Source of the DNA: Candidatus Microgenomates bacterium
GTDB taxonomy: Bacteria > Patescibacteriota > Microgenomatia > JACQLA01
DNA: 64,000 nucleotides
NCBI GenBank assembly: GCA_016204255.1
Contig: JACQLA010000005.1
Location: forward strand, 4,339 to 68,338
Direction of reading: 5' to 3'
Below the pieces are notes generated by a model. That model was not told the origin of the DNA, ran no database searches, and worked only from the letters and a program-made list of their open reading frames with translations. Position 1 is the first letter of the stretch. Every line of letters starts with the position of its first letter. This document shows, in pieces, positions 21,354-32,392 of this stretch. The translations under genes were made by a program, and so were the position numbers.

Positions 21354-21815
21354 TCATATGGAGGAAAAGGGGCCAAAAGCGCGGATTTTTGTTTGTGAGC
21401 TTTTAGCCAAATCCATTAGACACTGTTGAAATCTCAAGGTGAAGTTTAGTCTTAAAGAATCCCACTCTTCTTTTTCTGCTCGCTTACGAATTATTCTTTT
21501 GATTTTTCTTTCTTGCTTTGGTTGAAAAATATCGCCTCCAAAGTAAGATTTAACCATTCCGACTTGTGCATTAATATGCATCCGTTCTAAGACAAGATCC
21601 CAAAGCATTTTTTTTGAACCTTCCTGATCACTTGTAAATTCCAAGCCGTCGATTAAGTCACCAATTACAGTTTTTCTTTGGTTTTCCGTTAATTGGGGAT
21701 AAGAGGAAGCGCGGCCGACAATCGCCTGGATTTCGATGTCAACCTCGGCTAGCTGCACTCTTAGTTGGCCAAGCCAAATATCACCTTCTGCTTTGGGAGA
21801 ATTTTCCTGCCCCAT
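21354..21815 (-). CDS. Divergent AroQ chorismate-mutase-like protein
   Basis: LGQLR..VD..I / LVLERM...VGMVK...IFQPKQE...SSQ pattern. Confidence 0.55.
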   Translation of the reverse strand: MGQENSPKAEGDIWLGQLRVQLAEVDIEIQAIVGRASSYPQLTENQRKTVIGDLIDGLEFTSDQEGSKKMLWDLVLERMHINAQVGMVKSYFGGDIFQPKQERKIKRIIRKRAEKEEWDSLRLNFTLRFQQCLMDLAKSSQTKIRAFGPFSSI

Positions 21816-21884
21816 TAAAATTACTCCTAGAGGGCTTAATTATATCCTATAGATAAGGTGATAGCAAGAGATGAAGTAACTAAT

Positions 21885-22340
21885 TTATCTCTTTGGACTT
21901 TGTTTCTTTGCTCTCGCTCTACCGGCTTGACCAGCCTTTCTTCGCTCTCTGGCGCGCGGATCGCGAGTCAAAAAACCATGTTTTTTAAGAATAGTGTGAT
22001 ATTGATCTTTATCGGCCGAATTTAGGGCCCGGGAAATTCCATGAACAACAGCCGAAAGCTGTGCAGCCTTTCCTGAACCGACCACTCGAACAAAAATATC
22101 AAATCGATTTAGATTATTGGTAGCTTCTAAAGGAGCCAGATAGGATTTTTTGGCGACTTCTCCCGAAAAATATTGCTCAACCGGAAGTTTATTAACAATA
22201 ATTTTACCCTCTCCACCAACTTGGAGTTTAACACTCGCAATAGCTGTTTTCCGCCGGCCAGTTGCCGCGTAAAAGGACTGGCTTTTTATTTTCGGCTCTT
22301 TTTTTAATTCTTCTGTTTTGGTAGTTTTGGCTCTAGGCAT
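21885..22340 (-). CDS. rpsI: 30S ribosomal protein S9
   Basis: ATGRRKTA, LTRDPRARERRK. Confidence 0.98.
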   Translation of the reverse strand: MPRAKTTKTEELKKEPKIKSQSFYAATGRRKTAIASVKLQVGGEGKIIVNKLPVEQYFSGEVAKKSYLAPLEATNNLNRFDIFVRVVGSGKAAQLSAVVHGISRALNSADKDQYHTILKKHGFLTRDPRARERRKAGQAGRARAKKQSPKR

Positions 22341-22357
22341 TTTTAAAAAAATTATTT

Positions 22358-22771
22358 TTAATTTTTAAATTTATCGTTATAAGGATGGTCTGCGCTTGAA
22401 AAAACTCGCAATCTTTTAAGCATCTGGTCTCTTAACTTGTTTTGGGGCAACATTCCCCGCACGGCATGAAAAATAATTCTTTCGGGTTTCTCCGCCCGCC
22501 ATTTGGCCAGCGACTCCTGACGAAAACCGCCTGGGTAACCCGAGTGGCGATAATATTGTTTTCCTTCTTCTTTTCTTCCCGTAACACTTATTTTTTGGGC
22601 GTTTATAACAACAACATAGTCACCGCAATCAAGATTACGAACAAAGTAGGTTTTGCTTTTACCCATTAAAAGTTGAGCAATTTTGGTTGCAAGGCGTCCT
22701 AAAACTTCGTCCTTCGCATCAATCAAATACCATTCTCTTTTAATTTGATTTTCTTTCGTGGATTTAATCAT
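22358..22771 (-). CDS. rplM: 50S ribosomal protein L13
   Basis: WYLIDA, LGRLAT, HSGYPGG. Confidence 0.98.
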   Translation of the reverse strand: MIKSTKENQIKREWYLIDAKDEVLGRLATKIAQLLMGKSKTYFVRNLDCGDYVVVINAQKISVTGRKEEGKQYYRHSGYPGGFRQESLAKWRAEKPERIIFHAVRGMLPQNKLRDQMLKRLRVFSSADHPYNDKFKN

Positions 22772-23229
22772 TTTTTCTTCACTACCCTTTTTTGCTTTTG
22801 AGTTTTTTCCGGCTGAATTTTTTTCTCTTTGGTTTTAGACTTTTTAGCTTTTGGCTTCTCAGCTTCCTTAGGCTGTTCATCAATAATCCATTTCATTAAA
22901 ACTATCGGGGCGTTATCTCCTTTGCGTGGACCGAGCTTAATCATGGTTGTAAACCCACTTGATCTGGCAGCAAAATTCAGAACGGTCTGAGAAAAAAGCT
23001 TATCGGTAGCTGACTTACCTACGCTAGCCATTAACCTTCGTCTCGCCTCCAGTGTCCCCTTTTTGGCCTGACTTACGACTTTATCAACCTCTGCTTTAAT
23101 AGCTTTTGCCTTGGCTTCAGTGGTTTTGATTTGCCCATGCAGGATCAAGGAAGAAATAAGATTTCTAAAAAGAGCTTTCCTTTCCTTCGTAGTCCTACTT
23201 AATTGTCTGCCAAAAATTTTATGTCTCAC
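22768..23229 (-). CDS. rplQ: 50S ribosomal protein L17
   Basis: MRHK, IKTTEAKAK, RKGDNAP; Lys-rich tail. Confidence 0.98.
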   Translation of the reverse strand: MRHKIFGRQLSRTTKERKALFRNLISSLILHGQIKTTEAKAKAIKAEVDKVVSQAKKGTLEARRRLMASVGKSATDKLFSQTVLNFAARSSGFTTMIKLGPRKGDNAPIVLMKWIIDEQPKEAEKPKAKKSKTKEKKIQPEKTQKQKRVVKKK

Positions 23230-23244
23230 AAATTACCTCTCTAA

Positions 23245-24165
23245 TTAAATTTTAAGCGCGATTCCTTTTTCACGCAGTTTTTCTTCAATCAAAAGAAGCG
23301 ATTTGCCGCCCAAATTTTTAACCTTGCCTAAGTCCTTGTGTGAAGTACCTAAAAGTTGGCCCACGGTTTCAATTCCACCGTTTTTAAGACTATTTACAAC
23401 TCTTACGGGCAAATCAAGTTCTTCCAAGGTCATTTTAAGTATTTCTTCTGAGACTAAAGGCGAAAAAGCAACAGCTTCCTCGATAACCGCTTTTGGCTGA
23501 TAAATTTGTAAAAAATAATCAACCAGAATTTTGGCTGCCTCCTCTAATGCTCTTTTTGGTTCGATTGTGCCGTCGGTCCAAATCTCTAAAACAAGCCTAT
23601 CTAAGTTGGCCATTCTTCCTAAACGCGCGGTTTCAACCCGATAATTTACCCGGGTGACAGGACTAAAAGCAGCATCAAGAGGAATAACCCCGATTGTTCC
23701 GGTTTTATGTTCCTCTGCTAAAGCATAGCCAAAACCCCGCTCAATGGTAAGTTCGGCATCAAGTGAAGAGCTTTTATCGGCCAAACTACCCAAATAAAGA
23801 TCACCATTCATAACCTCTGCCTCCGAAGGACTTTCAATATCTGCAGCGGTTATTTTTTTAGGTCCGCGGGCGGAAAGAATTAATTTGACCGGCTTATCGG
23901 TATCGTAAATTTTAACTCTGACTTTTTTTAAATTTAAAATAAGTTCTAAGATATCTTCCTTTAAACCCTTCAGAGTTGTAAATTGATGTTTTACCCCGTC
24001 AATTCTAACGGTGGTAATAGCCGCTCCCGGTAAAGAAGACAGCAAAACCCTTCTTAAAGCATTTCCCAGTGTATGACCATAACCCGGATCCAAAGTTTCC
24101 AAACTAAACTTTCCGTAGTTTGGCGTCTCTTCTTTAGCAATAACTTTAAATTTTAACCCAGACAT
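23245..24165 (-). CDS. rpoA: RNA polymerase alpha subunit
   Basis: GYGHTLGNALRRVLLSS, EIWTDGTI, NLGGKS. Confidence 0.98.
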   Translation of the reverse strand: MSGLKFKVIAKEETPNYGKFSLETLDPGYGHTLGNALRRVLLSSLPGAAITTVRIDGVKHQFTTLKGLKEDILELILNLKKVRVKIYDTDKPVKLILSARGPKKITAADIESPSEAEVMNGDLYLGSLADKSSSLDAELTIERGFGYALAEEHKTGTIGVIPLDAAFSPVTRVNYRVETARLGRMANLDRLVLEIWTDGTIEPKRALEEAAKILVDYFLQIYQPKAVIEEAVAFSPLVSEEILKMTLEELDLPVRVVNSLKNGGIETVGQLLGTSHKDLGKVKNLGGKSLLLIEEKLREKGIALKI

Positions 24166-24200
24166 AACATTGCTCCTTTCTTAATAGAGAAATAAAAAAA

Positions 24201-24572
24201 TTAAACTCTTCGACGTTTTTTGGGTCGACAACCATTATGAGGAATCGGAGTTACATCCGCGATCATCATAATATTAAGACCAACTGTTTTCAATGCTTTT
24301 AAAGCCGTATCGCGCCCGGCGCCCGGCCCTTTAACAAAAACTTCCACATCTGCCATACCCATCTCTCTGGCCTTACGGGCAACATTCTCCATCGCCATCA
24401 TAGCCGCATAAGGGGTTGCCTTTCGCGCTCCTTTAAAACCGGATGCGCCCGCACTGCCCCAGGCAACAGCATTCCCGCCAGCATCAGTAATCGTAATTAG
24501 CGTATTATTAAAAGTCGCTGTGATATAGGCTCTGCCGCGACTAACCTGTTTTTGCACCTTCTTACTTGCCAC
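24201..24572 (-). CDS. rpsK: 30S ribosomal protein S11
   Basis: [24 protein letters not shown]. Confidence 0.98.
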   Translation of the reverse strand: MASKKVQKQVSRGRAYITATFNNTLITITDAGGNAVAWGSAGASGFKGARKATPYAAMMAMENVARKAREMGMADVEVFVKGPGAGRDTALKALKTVGLNIMMIADVTPIPHNGCRPKKRRRV

Positions 24573-24990
24573 CTGTTCCTCCTGTTTGCTTACCTTTATC
24601 TAAAAGGCCCATTTTTTCGGCAACTTTCTTGCGAATCGCCCCAATTGTTACCCTTTTTCCTCTTTTGGTCCGAGCGTTGGAACGAGTCCTTTGGCCGCGA
24701 GCCGGTAAACCTCTAGCATGCCTGAGCCCGCGATAAGCCCCAATTTCCCGCAGTCTTTTAATATGTTCTTGAACCTCTCGTCTTAAGTCTCCTTCGACCT
24801 TGTGGGTCGTAATGATTTTTTGTAAGCGGTTGACCTCTTCTTCTGTCAACTCTTTAACCCGACGCTGAGGTTCAACCTTAGCAGCCTTTAATATCGGGCC
24901 AACATTATTTCTCCCTAGACCATAAATAACGCCAAGAGCAATATCAATTCTTTTTTCTTTTGGAAGGTCTACTCCAGAAATTCTTGCCAT
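24562..24990 (-). CDS. rpsM: 30S ribosomal protein S13
   Basis: [28 protein letters not shown]. Confidence 0.98.
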   Translation of the reverse strand: MARISGVDLPKEKRIDIALGVIYGLGRNNVGPILKAAKVEPQRRVKELTEEEVNRLQKIITTHKVEGDLRREVQEHIKRLREIGAYRGLRHARGLPARGQRTRSNARTKRGKRVTIGAIRKKVAEKMGLLDKGKQTGGTGGK

Positions 24991-24993
24991 ATT

Positions 24994-25107
24994 TTATCCT
25001 TGTCGCTGCTTGTGCTTTGGGTTTTCGCAAATCACATAGAGCACACCGCGACGCTTCACAATTTTACATTTAATACACTGTTTTTTAATGCTTGCCTGAA
25101 CTTTCAT
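24994..25107 (-). CDS. rpmJ: 50S ribosomal protein L36
   Basis: Manual translation [37 protein letters not shown]. Confidence 0.97.
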   Translation of the reverse strand: MKVQASIKKQCIKCKIVKRRGVLYVICENPKHKQRQG

Positions 25108-25119
25108 TTTTAAAACTAA

Positions 25120-25338
25120 TTATTTATAACGATAAATAATCCTACCCTTTGTCTCATCATAAGGACTCATTTCAATTTTAACTTTGTCTCCGGGAAGAAT
25201 TCGGATATAGTTAATCCGCATCTTACCTGAAAGATGGCAAAGAATCACCCGCTCATCGGCGAGTTTAACTCTAAAAAGAGTATTAGGTAGGGCTTCGGTT
25301 ACGACGCCGTCAAGCTCAATAGTTCCTTGATGTGTCAT
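25120..25338 (-). CDS. infA: Translation initiation factor IF-1
   Basis: [25 protein letters not shown]. Confidence 0.98.
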   Translation of the reverse strand: MTHQGTIELDGVVTEALPNTLFRVKLADERVILCHLSGKMRINYIRILPGDKVKIEMSPYDETKGRIIYRYK

Positions 25339-25372
25339 CTAAATCGACTTTGGTAATTTTAACAGATTTCAT

Positions 25373-26143
25373 TTAAATCGTCAACACTATCGGCCCATTG
25401 GCAGTAATAGCAACTGTTTTTTCAAAAAGACCGCTTAAACTTTTATCTTTTGTTCGAATTGTCCAAAAATCCTTATTACTGGAAACAATCTCAGGCTGTC
25501 CTTCATTATAAATAATCTCAATTGCCAAAGTCATCCCTTCTTTCAATGGCGGAGTTTTTTCGATTTGCCTAGTTAAAACTCCTGGTATTTGCGGGTCCTC
25601 GTGAAGCTTTCGACCAACCCCATGGCCAACAAGGGTTGGAACGACACTAAAACCTGCTCCTTCAACTTTTTCTTGAATTGCAATCGAGATATCTCCAATA
25701 TGATTACCTACTTTTACTTGCTCAATTGCCGTTTTTAAAGCTAATTTACCAATATTAAGAAATTCTATTTTTTTCTTGTTTTCAACTTTTTCTAGCTTTG
25801 AATCACCAACAATAACAGTCCAAGCCGTATCTGTATTAAAACCTTTATAAAGCAACCCTATATCTATTCCTAAAACATCACCTTCTTGAAGCCGATAATC
25901 GCTCGGTAGCCCATGAACAACAACGTCGTTAACACACATGCAGGTCGCAAATTGATAATTTGCCACTTTTTTAAATGAAGGCTCCCCGCCGGTTTTAAGA
26001 AGTAACCTCTCGGCCAATTTATCCAACTCGGAAGTAGCAGCCCCGGGCTCAACCGCATCTATAACTTGTTGCAAAATATCACCTAAAAACTTCCCCCCCT
26101 GGATCATCAACCCAATTTCTTCCTCGCTTTTAAGAATAATCAT
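25373..26143 (-). CDS. map: Methionine aminopeptidase type I
   Basis: VVHGLP, DIG...DTA, GHGVG..LHEDP. Confidence 0.95.
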   Translation of the reverse strand: MIILKSEEEIGLMIQGGKFLGDILQQVIDAVEPGAATSELDKLAERLLLKTGGEPSFKKVANYQFATCMCVNDVVVHGLPSDYRLQEGDVLGIDIGLLYKGFNTDTAWTVIVGDSKLEKVENKKKIEFLNIGKLALKTAIEQVKVGNHIGDISIAIQEKVEGAGFSVVPTLVGHGVGRKLHEDPQIPGVLTRQIEKTPPLKEGMTLAIEIIYNEGQPEIVSSNKDFWTIRTKDKSLSGLFEKTVAITANGPIVLTI

Positions 26144-26817
26144 GCCAGCCCCAATTCCTTAATCTTTACCATTACTTTTTCTACGGTATCTTCCACCGTA
26201 TCATAGGTAGTGTCGACTACAAAAGCATCTTTAGCTATGATAAGCGGTGAGGCTGTTCTTTCAGTATCCTGACGATCGCGCTCTTTTGTATCCGCTAAAG
26301 TTTCCTCAAGGGTTTTATTTATCCCCTTTTTTAAATGTTGCTGATGTCTTCTTCTGGCTCTAACTTCCAACTCGGCTGTAAGAAAAATTTTTAAATCCGC
26401 GTGTGGGGCGATATCGGTGGCCACATCCCTGCCTTCGATTACGGCACTTTGATCCTGAATCATCTTTTTTTGCCGGGCAACCATTTTTTTCCTCACCTGA
26501 GGCATAGCGGCAATAATAGGCACAGCACTGGTGACCTCCGGAAGAAAAAGCCTGTCATTAACTAATTCTTTTCCTAAAAAAACTTTCGTCCCTTCAGAAG
26601 AAATACTGAGATTAATATCAATTCTTTTTAACAAATTTAAAACTTCTTTCTCGTCGCGAAAATCTATTTTCTCTTTTAAAGCAGCCAGCGTTAGGGCTCT
26701 GTACATCCCGCCGGTGTAAAGATAAATAGCTTTAAGCTTCCGCGCAAGAGCAATCCCCAGCGTTCCTTTTCCCGATCCAACCGGCCCGTCAATGGCAATA
26801 GTAAATTTATTAGGCAT
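26140..26817 (-). CDS. cmk: Cytidylate kinase
   Basis: IAIDGPVGSGKGT, GGMYRA, EGRD, RARRR. Confidence 0.95.
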   Translation of the reverse strand: MPNKFTIAIDGPVGSGKGTLGIALARKLKAIYLYTGGMYRALTLAALKEKIDFRDEKEVLNLLKRIDINLSISSEGTKVFLGKELVNDRLFLPEVTSAVPIIAAMPQVRKKMVARQKKMIQDQSAVIEGRDVATDIAPHADLKIFLTAELEVRARRRHQQHLKKGINKTLEETLADTKERDRQDTERTASPLIIAKDAFVVDTTYDTVEDTVEKVMVKIKELGLA

Positions 26818-27369
26818 TCAGTCATTCCTTTTTTTATTAAGGTACGCCCTAACTAAATGACGCACTTCTTCAATTGGTTTTTCACCATCAATTTCGACTA
26901 GAATCCCTTTTTGCCGATAATAATTCAGAACCGGTTCGGTATACTTGTGATAGGCTTCAATACGCTTTCTCACAGCCTTTACTGTTTCATCATTACGAAG
27001 CTCATCATTACGATAAGAGAGTCGCCAAAGAGCCTCACGATCGGAAACCCGCAAATAGACCACACCATCGATTTCCTCTTTAAATTTTTTGGCCTGAACA
27101 AGAGTTCGGGGAAAACCATCCAAAATGTATCCCTTTTTGTAGGATGGTTTTTTTAGATATTCCTCAACAATTTTAATAGTTTTGGAGTCAGGGATGAGAA
27201 GACCGGCCCCCATTGTTTCTTTAACATATCTTCCCCATTTAGTTTTTTCTTGGGCAATACGACGGAAAATATGGCCCGTTGAAAGATAAGGAACTTTCAA
27301 CTCTTTACTTAAAAAGTTCCCTTGTGTTGATTTTCCTGAACCTTGAATTCCCATTAAAATAATTCTCAT
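26818..27369 (-). CDS. adk: Adenylate kinase (short, no LID domain)
   Basis: GIQGSGKSTQ, STGHIFR, LDGFPRT; follows secY. Confidence 0.92.
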   Translation of the reverse strand: MRIILMGIQGSGKSTQGNFLSKELKVPYLSTGHIFRRIAQEKTKWGRYVKETMGAGLLIPDSKTIKIVEEYLKKPSYKKGYILDGFPRTLVQAKKFKEEIDGVVYLRVSDREALWRLSYRNDELRNDETVKAVRKRIEAYHKYTEPVLNYYRQKGILVEIDGEKPIEEVRHLVRAYLNKKRND

Positions 27370-27408
27370 ATATTTCAGGTAAGATAACCTGCTCCTTTAA
27401 TTCATTTT

Positions 27409-27431
27409 TTGCCCCGAAAATTTCGGGGCAA
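27409..27431. repeat. Intergenic palindrome GCCCCGAA(N)TTCGGGGC
   Basis: TTGCCCCGAAAATTTCGGGGCAA; near-identical copy at 59366-59383. Confidence 0.75.
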
Positions 27432-27471
27432 GATAAGTTATAACCTTTATTTTTAAATTTTATGGAAAGCT

Positions 27472-28761
27472 TTATTCTTTAAGAAAACCTTCATAACTGC
27501 GCATGATAAGCATCGATTCGATTTGTTTGGCAGTTTCCAAAATAACGGAGACGACGATTAAAATCCCTGTTCCACCGAGCATCATGGTAGTAACACTGGT
27601 GAATTGACGAGCCACGGAAGGCAAAATTGCAATTAATCCTAGAAAAATTGCCCCCACTAAAGTGATACGGGTTAAGATGTAATTAAGATAATTGGCGGTC
27701 GGAGCCCCCGGCCTGATGCCTGGTATAAATCCGCCGTGTTTTTGAATTTCCTGGGAAATTTTTTGGGGATTAAAAATTACAGCGGTGTAGAAATAAGTGA
27801 ATCCAATTACTAAAAGAAAATAAAGAAAATTATAAATAAAGCCATCGGGATCAAAAGAACGAGTAATAAAATTTGCCACACCGGCGAGACCAGGGTTGCT
27901 TACCGTAGCCAAATATTGGCCGATTAAAGAGGGCAAAAGAATTAAAGAAACAGCAAAAATGATCGGGATAACCCCCGCTTGATTAAGACGTAAGGGTAGA
28001 TGAGTAGCCTCCCCACCATACATTCTAGTTCCCCTTATTCTTTTTGCATATTGAATAACAACCCGGCGAGTGGCTTCGTTAACCAAAACAACAGAAGAAA
28101 TAACGCCAACGCTCATGATGAGAAAAACGACCATATTAAAAATGTCCTGACCGCCGAAAGTTGTTGCTGTTTGACCCAAAACAACTGGTAGGCGACCAAC
28201 AATTCCAGCAAAGATTAAAAGAGAGATACCATTGCCAACGCCCTTTTCGGAAATTAGTTCTCCAAACCACATTAAAAGAACTGTACCGGCGGTCATGGTA
28301 ACAATTATTGTGGCTAAGGAAATTGGAGACAATACGCCGATAATTTGCTGGTTTTTTAAAAGAGCGTAAATTCCCAAAGCTTGTAGAGCCGCCAGAGGAA
28401 CCGTTAAAAATCTTGTATATTGATTAATTTTTCGCCGGCCATATTCTCCTTCTTTACTTAACGCTTCCAATTTAGGAAATACAAGAGTTAAAAGCTGGAA
28501 AATAATTGAGGAGTTGATATAAGGGTTTAAACCTAATGCCATAACAGAAAAATTGGCCAAGGTACCACCGGAAAAAATGTCTAAAAGTCCTAAAAACTGA
28601 TTTTCGCTAAAAAGTCTTTTTAAAGCTTCCCGCTCAACACCTGGAATAGGAACGTGGGCGAACAGCCGAAAAACGAAAAGCATAAAAAGGGTGAAGAGGA
28701 TTTTACGCCTTAAGTCGGGTACTTTCCAAACATTAACAATCTGCTGCAGTATCGATTGCAT
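27472..28761 (-). CDS. secY: Preprotein translocase SecY
   Basis: [36 protein letters not shown]. Confidence 0.99.
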   Translation of the reverse strand: MQSILQQIVNVWKVPDLRRKILFTLFMLFVFRLFAHVPIPGVEREALKRLFSENQFLGLLDIFSGGTLANFSVMALGLNPYINSSIIFQLLTLVFPKLEALSKEGEYGRRKINQYTRFLTVPLAALQALGIYALLKNQQIIGVLSPISLATIIVTMTAGTVLLMWFGELISEKGVGNGISLLIFAGIVGRLPVVLGQTATTFGGQDIFNMVVFLIMSVGVISSVVLVNEATRRVVIQYAKRIRGTRMYGGEATHLPLRLNQAGVIPIIFAVSLILLPSLIGQYLATVSNPGLAGVANFITRSFDPDGFIYNFLYFLLVIGFTYFYTAVIFNPQKISQEIQKHGGFIPGIRPGAPTANYLNYILTRITLVGAIFLGLIAILPSVARQFTSVTTMMLGGTGILIVVSVILETAKQIESMLIMRSYEGFLKE

Positions 28762-28763
28762 AA

Positions 28764-29204
28764 TTAGTCGTTGACGACTTTTCCACCAGCCTCAATAATT
28801 TTTTTGGCTGCTCCCTTTGAGCACGGAAGTTTGACGGTTAAAGGAATTTTTACCTCACCTTCACCTAAAATTTTTACCCCGTATTTTTCTTCACCTTTGG
28901 CAATTATTTTCTGGGCTAATAAGGACTGCACATCCACAATCGCATTTGGTTTTAAAAAATTTAAAAATTTAACGTTTAGCCCAAAAGGATTTTTTCTAAA
29001 AGAAACGTTTCTTCCTCTGCCTCGACGTAAAGGCAAGCGTTTAGTCAAAGCAAGTTGACCGCCTTCAAAGCCGAATTTTACTTTTCCGCGTGCCTTTTGA
29101 CCCTTAGTTCCTCGCCCAGAGGTTTTTCCCCGTCCCGAACCCTCACCAATACCTAAGCGTTTTTTTGATCTGCGGGTAATCTTTGGTAATTTTGCAAGCT
29201 CCAT
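28764..29204 (-). CDS. rplO: 50S ribosomal protein L15
   Basis: [21 protein letters not shown]. Confidence 0.98.
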   Translation of the reverse strand: MELAKLPKITRRSKKRLGIGEGSGRGKTSGRGTKGQKARGKVKFGFEGGQLALTKRLPLRRGRGRNVSFRKNPFGLNVKFLNFLKPNAIVDVQSLLAQKIIAKGEEKYGVKILGEGEVKIPLTVKLPCSKGAAKKIIEAGGKVVND

Positions 29205-29208
29205 TTAT

Positions 29209-29658
29209 TTATTCCTTTCTTAATTGACCCAGGGCCTCCAGTGTTGCGTACACATTCGAGGCCTTATTCTCCGTTCCTAAAACTTTAGAAACCACATCTC
29301 TAATACCGGCGGCTTCCAAAACAGACCTTACCACCCCTCCAGCGATTATCCCGGCCCCAGGAGGAGCTGGTTTTAAAAGAATTTTGGCTGCTCCCCGTTT
29401 AAGATAAACTTCGTGGGGAATAGTTGTCCCCTTCATTGGTACGTCAAGAAGGTGTTTTTTGGCATAACTTGATCCTTTGCGAATTGCGTCTGCAACATCA
29501 GCGGCTTTACCCAGGCCTACACCAACGCGTCCCTTTTTATCACCAACTACCATTAAAACCGAAAAGCTTATTCGATTTCCACCCTTAGTTTTTTTCGAAA
29601 CTCTATTCACCTGAATAACTTCTTCTTTAAATTCTTTATCTTGAAAATTATCTACCAT
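29209..29658 (-). CDS. rpsE: 30S ribosomal protein S5
   Basis: [23 protein letters not shown]. Confidence 0.98.
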   Translation of the reverse strand: MVDNFQDKEFKEEVIQVNRVSKKTKGGNRISFSVLMVVGDKKGRVGVGLGKAADVADAIRKGSSYAKKHLLDVPMKGTTIPHEVYLKRGAAKILLKPAPPGAGIIAGGVVRSVLEAAGIRDVVSKVLGTENKASNVYATLEALGQLRKE

Positions 29659-29680
29659 ATAACCTACCTTTAAAAACTAA

Positions 29681-30025
29681 TTATATAATCAGTCCTTTTC
29701 CCCGCGCTCCCTCTGCCAGCGCCTTCACTCGCCCATGGTATCTATACCCCGAACGATCAAATGCGACTTTTTTTAGTTTTTTGGATAAGGCCTTCTCCGC
29801 CACAAGTTCGCCGACAAGTTTTGCCCGCTCTAACTTAGTTTCTTTTTCAGTTTTTTTCAATTCCTTCTCGCTTGCGGCAGCAATGATTTTCCCATCCGTA
29901 TCAATTATTTGCGCGTAAACATATTTATTGGAACGGAAAATAGCCAATCGTGGCCGGTTACTGCGGGCGATAATTTTTTTCCGGGTTCTTTCTTTATGTC
30001 TTACTCGACTTTTAAATAAACTCAT
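29681..30025 (-). CDS. rplR: 50S ribosomal protein L18
   Basis: RPRLAIFRSN, FDRSGYRYHGRVKALAE. Confidence 0.98.
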   Translation of the reverse strand: MSLFKSRVRHKERTRKKIIARSNRPRLAIFRSNKYVYAQIIDTDGKIIAAASEKELKKTEKETKLERAKLVGELVAEKALSKKLKKVAFDRSGYRYHGRVKALAEGARGKGLII

Positions 30026-30573
30026 TTTCCACCTCCTACCGCTTTGGCGGTCTTACCGGCTTTTTGACGAATCTTCTCACCCACATACTTAATCCCTTTT
30101 CCTTTATATGGTTCTGGCGGTTTCAGACGGCGGATTTTTGCCGCGGTCTCACCTACCAATTGCTTATCGCTTCCCTCAATAATTATTTTGTTTTCTAAAA
30201 CTCGGCAGGCTATTCCCTCCGGTGGGGCAAATTTAACTGGATGGGCAAACCCCAGAGTCATGGTTAAAACTCCCTCAGCAACCTGAGCCCGATACCCCAC
30301 GCCTTTAATTTCTAATTCCTTTTTAAAACCCTCTTTTACCCCTTTTACCATATTGGCGACTAAACTTCGTGTTAGACCATGCAATGATTTTGCGTTTTTT
30401 GAGTCGTTTCTTCTCTCAACAGTTAGAACATCATCTTCCTTTTTAATTTTTATTTCCGACGGAATATTAAAGGAAAGTGATCCCTTTGGCCCAGAAACCA
30501 AGATTTGATGCTCTTTAAGAGTAGCTTCTACACCTTCAGTTATTTTAATGGGTAATTTTCCAATTCTAGACAT
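30022..30573 (-). CDS. rplF: 50S ribosomal protein L6
   Basis: MSRIGKLPI, PEPYKGKGI. Confidence 0.98.
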   Translation of the reverse strand: MSRIGKLPIKITEGVEATLKEHQILVSGPKGSLSFNIPSEIKIKKEDDVLTVERRNDSKNAKSLHGLTRSLVANMVKGVKEGFKKELEIKGVGYRAQVAEGVLTMTLGFAHPVKFAPPEGIACRVLENKIIIEGSDKQLVGETAAKIRRLKPPEPYKGKGIKYVGEKIRQKAGKTAKAVGGGK

Positions 30574-30577
30574 AGTA

Positions 30578-30967
30578 TCACCAGATTTTACAAATCAATT
30601 CTCCTCCAACACCCCGTTTTTTAGCCTCTTGACCGGTCATTAAACCGCCGGAGGTAGAAAGAACTGTTATCCCTCTTCCCCCCAGTACTTGCGGAATATG
30701 ATTTTTATCGACGTAAATTCTGGTGCTTGGCTTTGAAACGATTTTAAGCTCCTTTAAGGCCGCATTCTTTTTTAAGTATTTAAGATCAATTAAAATCACT
30801 TTTTTATCGTTAGCTTGAGTTGCTACGCCTTCCAAATAACCCTCTTTAGCAAGAAGACTAACTAACCTCTCTCCTACTTTTGAGTAGGGGACTTCAATTC
30901 TTTTCAAATGCGCCAAATACGCATTTTTAATTTGGATCAAAAGATCGGTAACAGTATTTCCTACCAT
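30578..30967 (-). CDS. rpsH: 30S ribosomal protein S8
   Basis: [23 protein letters not shown]. Confidence 0.97.
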   Translation of the reverse strand: MVGNTVTDLLIQIKNAYLAHLKRIEVPYSKVGERLVSLLAKEGYLEGVATQANDKKVILIDLKYLKKNAALKELKIVSKPSTRIYVDKNHIPQVLGGRGITVLSTSGGLMTGQEAKKRGVGGELICKIW

Positions 30968-31146
30968 GATGCTTTTTTCACTCCCGGTAGTTCCCCTTTA
31001 TGAGCTAACTCCCTAAAACAAAGTCGACAAAGACCAAACCGGCGGATAAACCCTCGTGATCTGCCACAGAGCTGACATCGGTTGTGTCCGCGGACGGAAA
31101 ATTTTTGTGCTTTTTTAAATTTGACAATATCTGAAACTTTAGCCAT
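30961..31146 (-). CDS. rpsN: 30S ribosomal protein S14 (Zn-binding type Z)
   Basis: RCQLCGR...[10 protein letters not shown]...KASW. Confidence 0.98.
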   Translation of the reverse strand: MAKVSDIVKFKKAQKFSVRGHNRCQLCGRSRGFIRRFGLCRLCFRELAHKGELPGVKKASW

Positions 31147-31165
31147 ATATTTTATTTTACTTTAA

Positions 31166-31705
31166 TTAACTTTTTTTAAACGGCATCCCTAAAAGTTCTA
31201 AAAGCCGTCTTCCCTGTTCATTATTTTTAGCTGTTGTCACAATAGTAATCTCTAGCCCTCTGATTTTATCAATTTTACTATAATCTATCTCCGGAAAAAT
31301 AATCTGCTCGTTAATCCCCAAATTGTAATTTCCGCGTCCATCAAAAGAATCGCGATCCAAACCTCTAAAGTCTCTTACTCGAGGCAAAACTATATGAATT
31401 AATTTTCCGAAAAAATCAAACATTCTTTTCCCTCTAAGTGTAACCGACAAACCGATAGTATCCCCGACACTCAGCTTAAATCCGGCGATAGCCACTTTAG
31501 CTTTATTAACTTTCGGTTTTTGGCCGGAAATAGTCGTTAGCTGCTCGGCTACGGTTTCTAATAGCTTTTTATCTTTAGCCGCTTCCTTAAGACCGATATT
31601 TAAAACAATTTTAACTAAACCCGGAACTGCCAGAGGATTTTTAATCCCCAGCTCCTGAGCAAGCTTGGTTTTTACTTCTTTTTGGTAAACGTCTTTCAAA
31701 TTCAT
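31166..31705 (-). CDS. rplE: 50S ribosomal protein L5
   Basis: ISGQKP, LPRVRDFRG, FDGRGNY; start MNLKD. Confidence 0.98.
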   Translation of the reverse strand: MNLKDVYQKEVKTKLAQELGIKNPLAVPGLVKIVLNIGLKEAAKDKKLLETVAEQLTTISGQKPKVNKAKVAIAGFKLSVGDTIGLSVTLRGKRMFDFFGKLIHIVLPRVRDFRGLDRDSFDGRGNYNLGINEQIIFPEIDYSKIDKIRGLEITIVTTAKNNEQGRRLLELLGMPFKKS

Positions 31706-32004
31706 AGTTCCTCTTTGCATTTACGGCAAATGCGTTTTTTTTGATCATCTATCTTATAACCAATTCTCGTTGGCTGACCACAATGTGAGCAAATAAGGGC
31801 GATATTGGCAACAGGCAGTGGTTTTGTAATATCAATAATGCCGCCGGGTTTCCCCTGACCACGAGTTTTCAGATGGCGTTTATACATATTTACACCCGCC
31901 ACCAAAACTTTATCCTCGCGGGGAAAGATTTTTTCGATTTTCCCCTTTTTACTCTTATCTCTTCCGAGAGTAACAATTATTTCATCGCCTTTTTTAAACT
32001 TCAT
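31702..32004 (-). CDS. rplX: 50S ribosomal protein L24
   Basis: KKGD KOW motif, CSHC...CRKC. Confidence 0.97.
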   Translation of the reverse strand: MKFKKGDEIIVTLGRDKSKKGKIEKIFPREDKVLVAGVNMYKRHLKTRGQGKPGGIIDITKPLPVANIALICSHCGQPTRIGYKIDDQKKRICRKCKEEL

Positions 32005-32013
32005 AGATTTCCC

Positions 32014-32388
32014 CTATAACACCTCAGGAGCCATACTAATGATTTTTGTAAATCCCGCATCTCTTAACTCTCGCGCTACGGGACCAAAGATTCTTGTTCC
32101 TCGAGGGTTTTTGTCCTTTGGATTATCAATTATTACTACTGCATTATCGTCAAAACGGATATAAGAACCATCCGGGCGCTTAAATTCTTTTTTTGTGCGC
32201 ACAACCACTGCTTTAACCAATTCTCCCTTTTTAACCATTCCGGTTGGCTGAGCACCCTTAACCACACAACCCACAATTTCGCCAAGGTGGGCAAATCGAC
32301 GTTTAGAACCACCATAGATGTGGATTAACATCAATCTTTGGGCTCCCGTATTATCTGCGACTTTAAGAATTGTCCGGTGTTGAACCAT
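32014..32388 (-). CDS. rplN: 50S ribosomal protein L14
   Basis: [24 protein letters not shown]. Confidence 0.98.
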   Translation of the reverse strand: MVQHRTILKVADNTGAQRLMLIHIYGGSKRRFAHLGEIVGCVVKGAQPTGMVKKGELVKAVVVRTKKEFKRPDGSYIRFDDNAVVIIDNPKDKNPRGTRIFGPVARELRDAGFTKIISMAPEVL

Positions 32389-32392
32389 TTTT

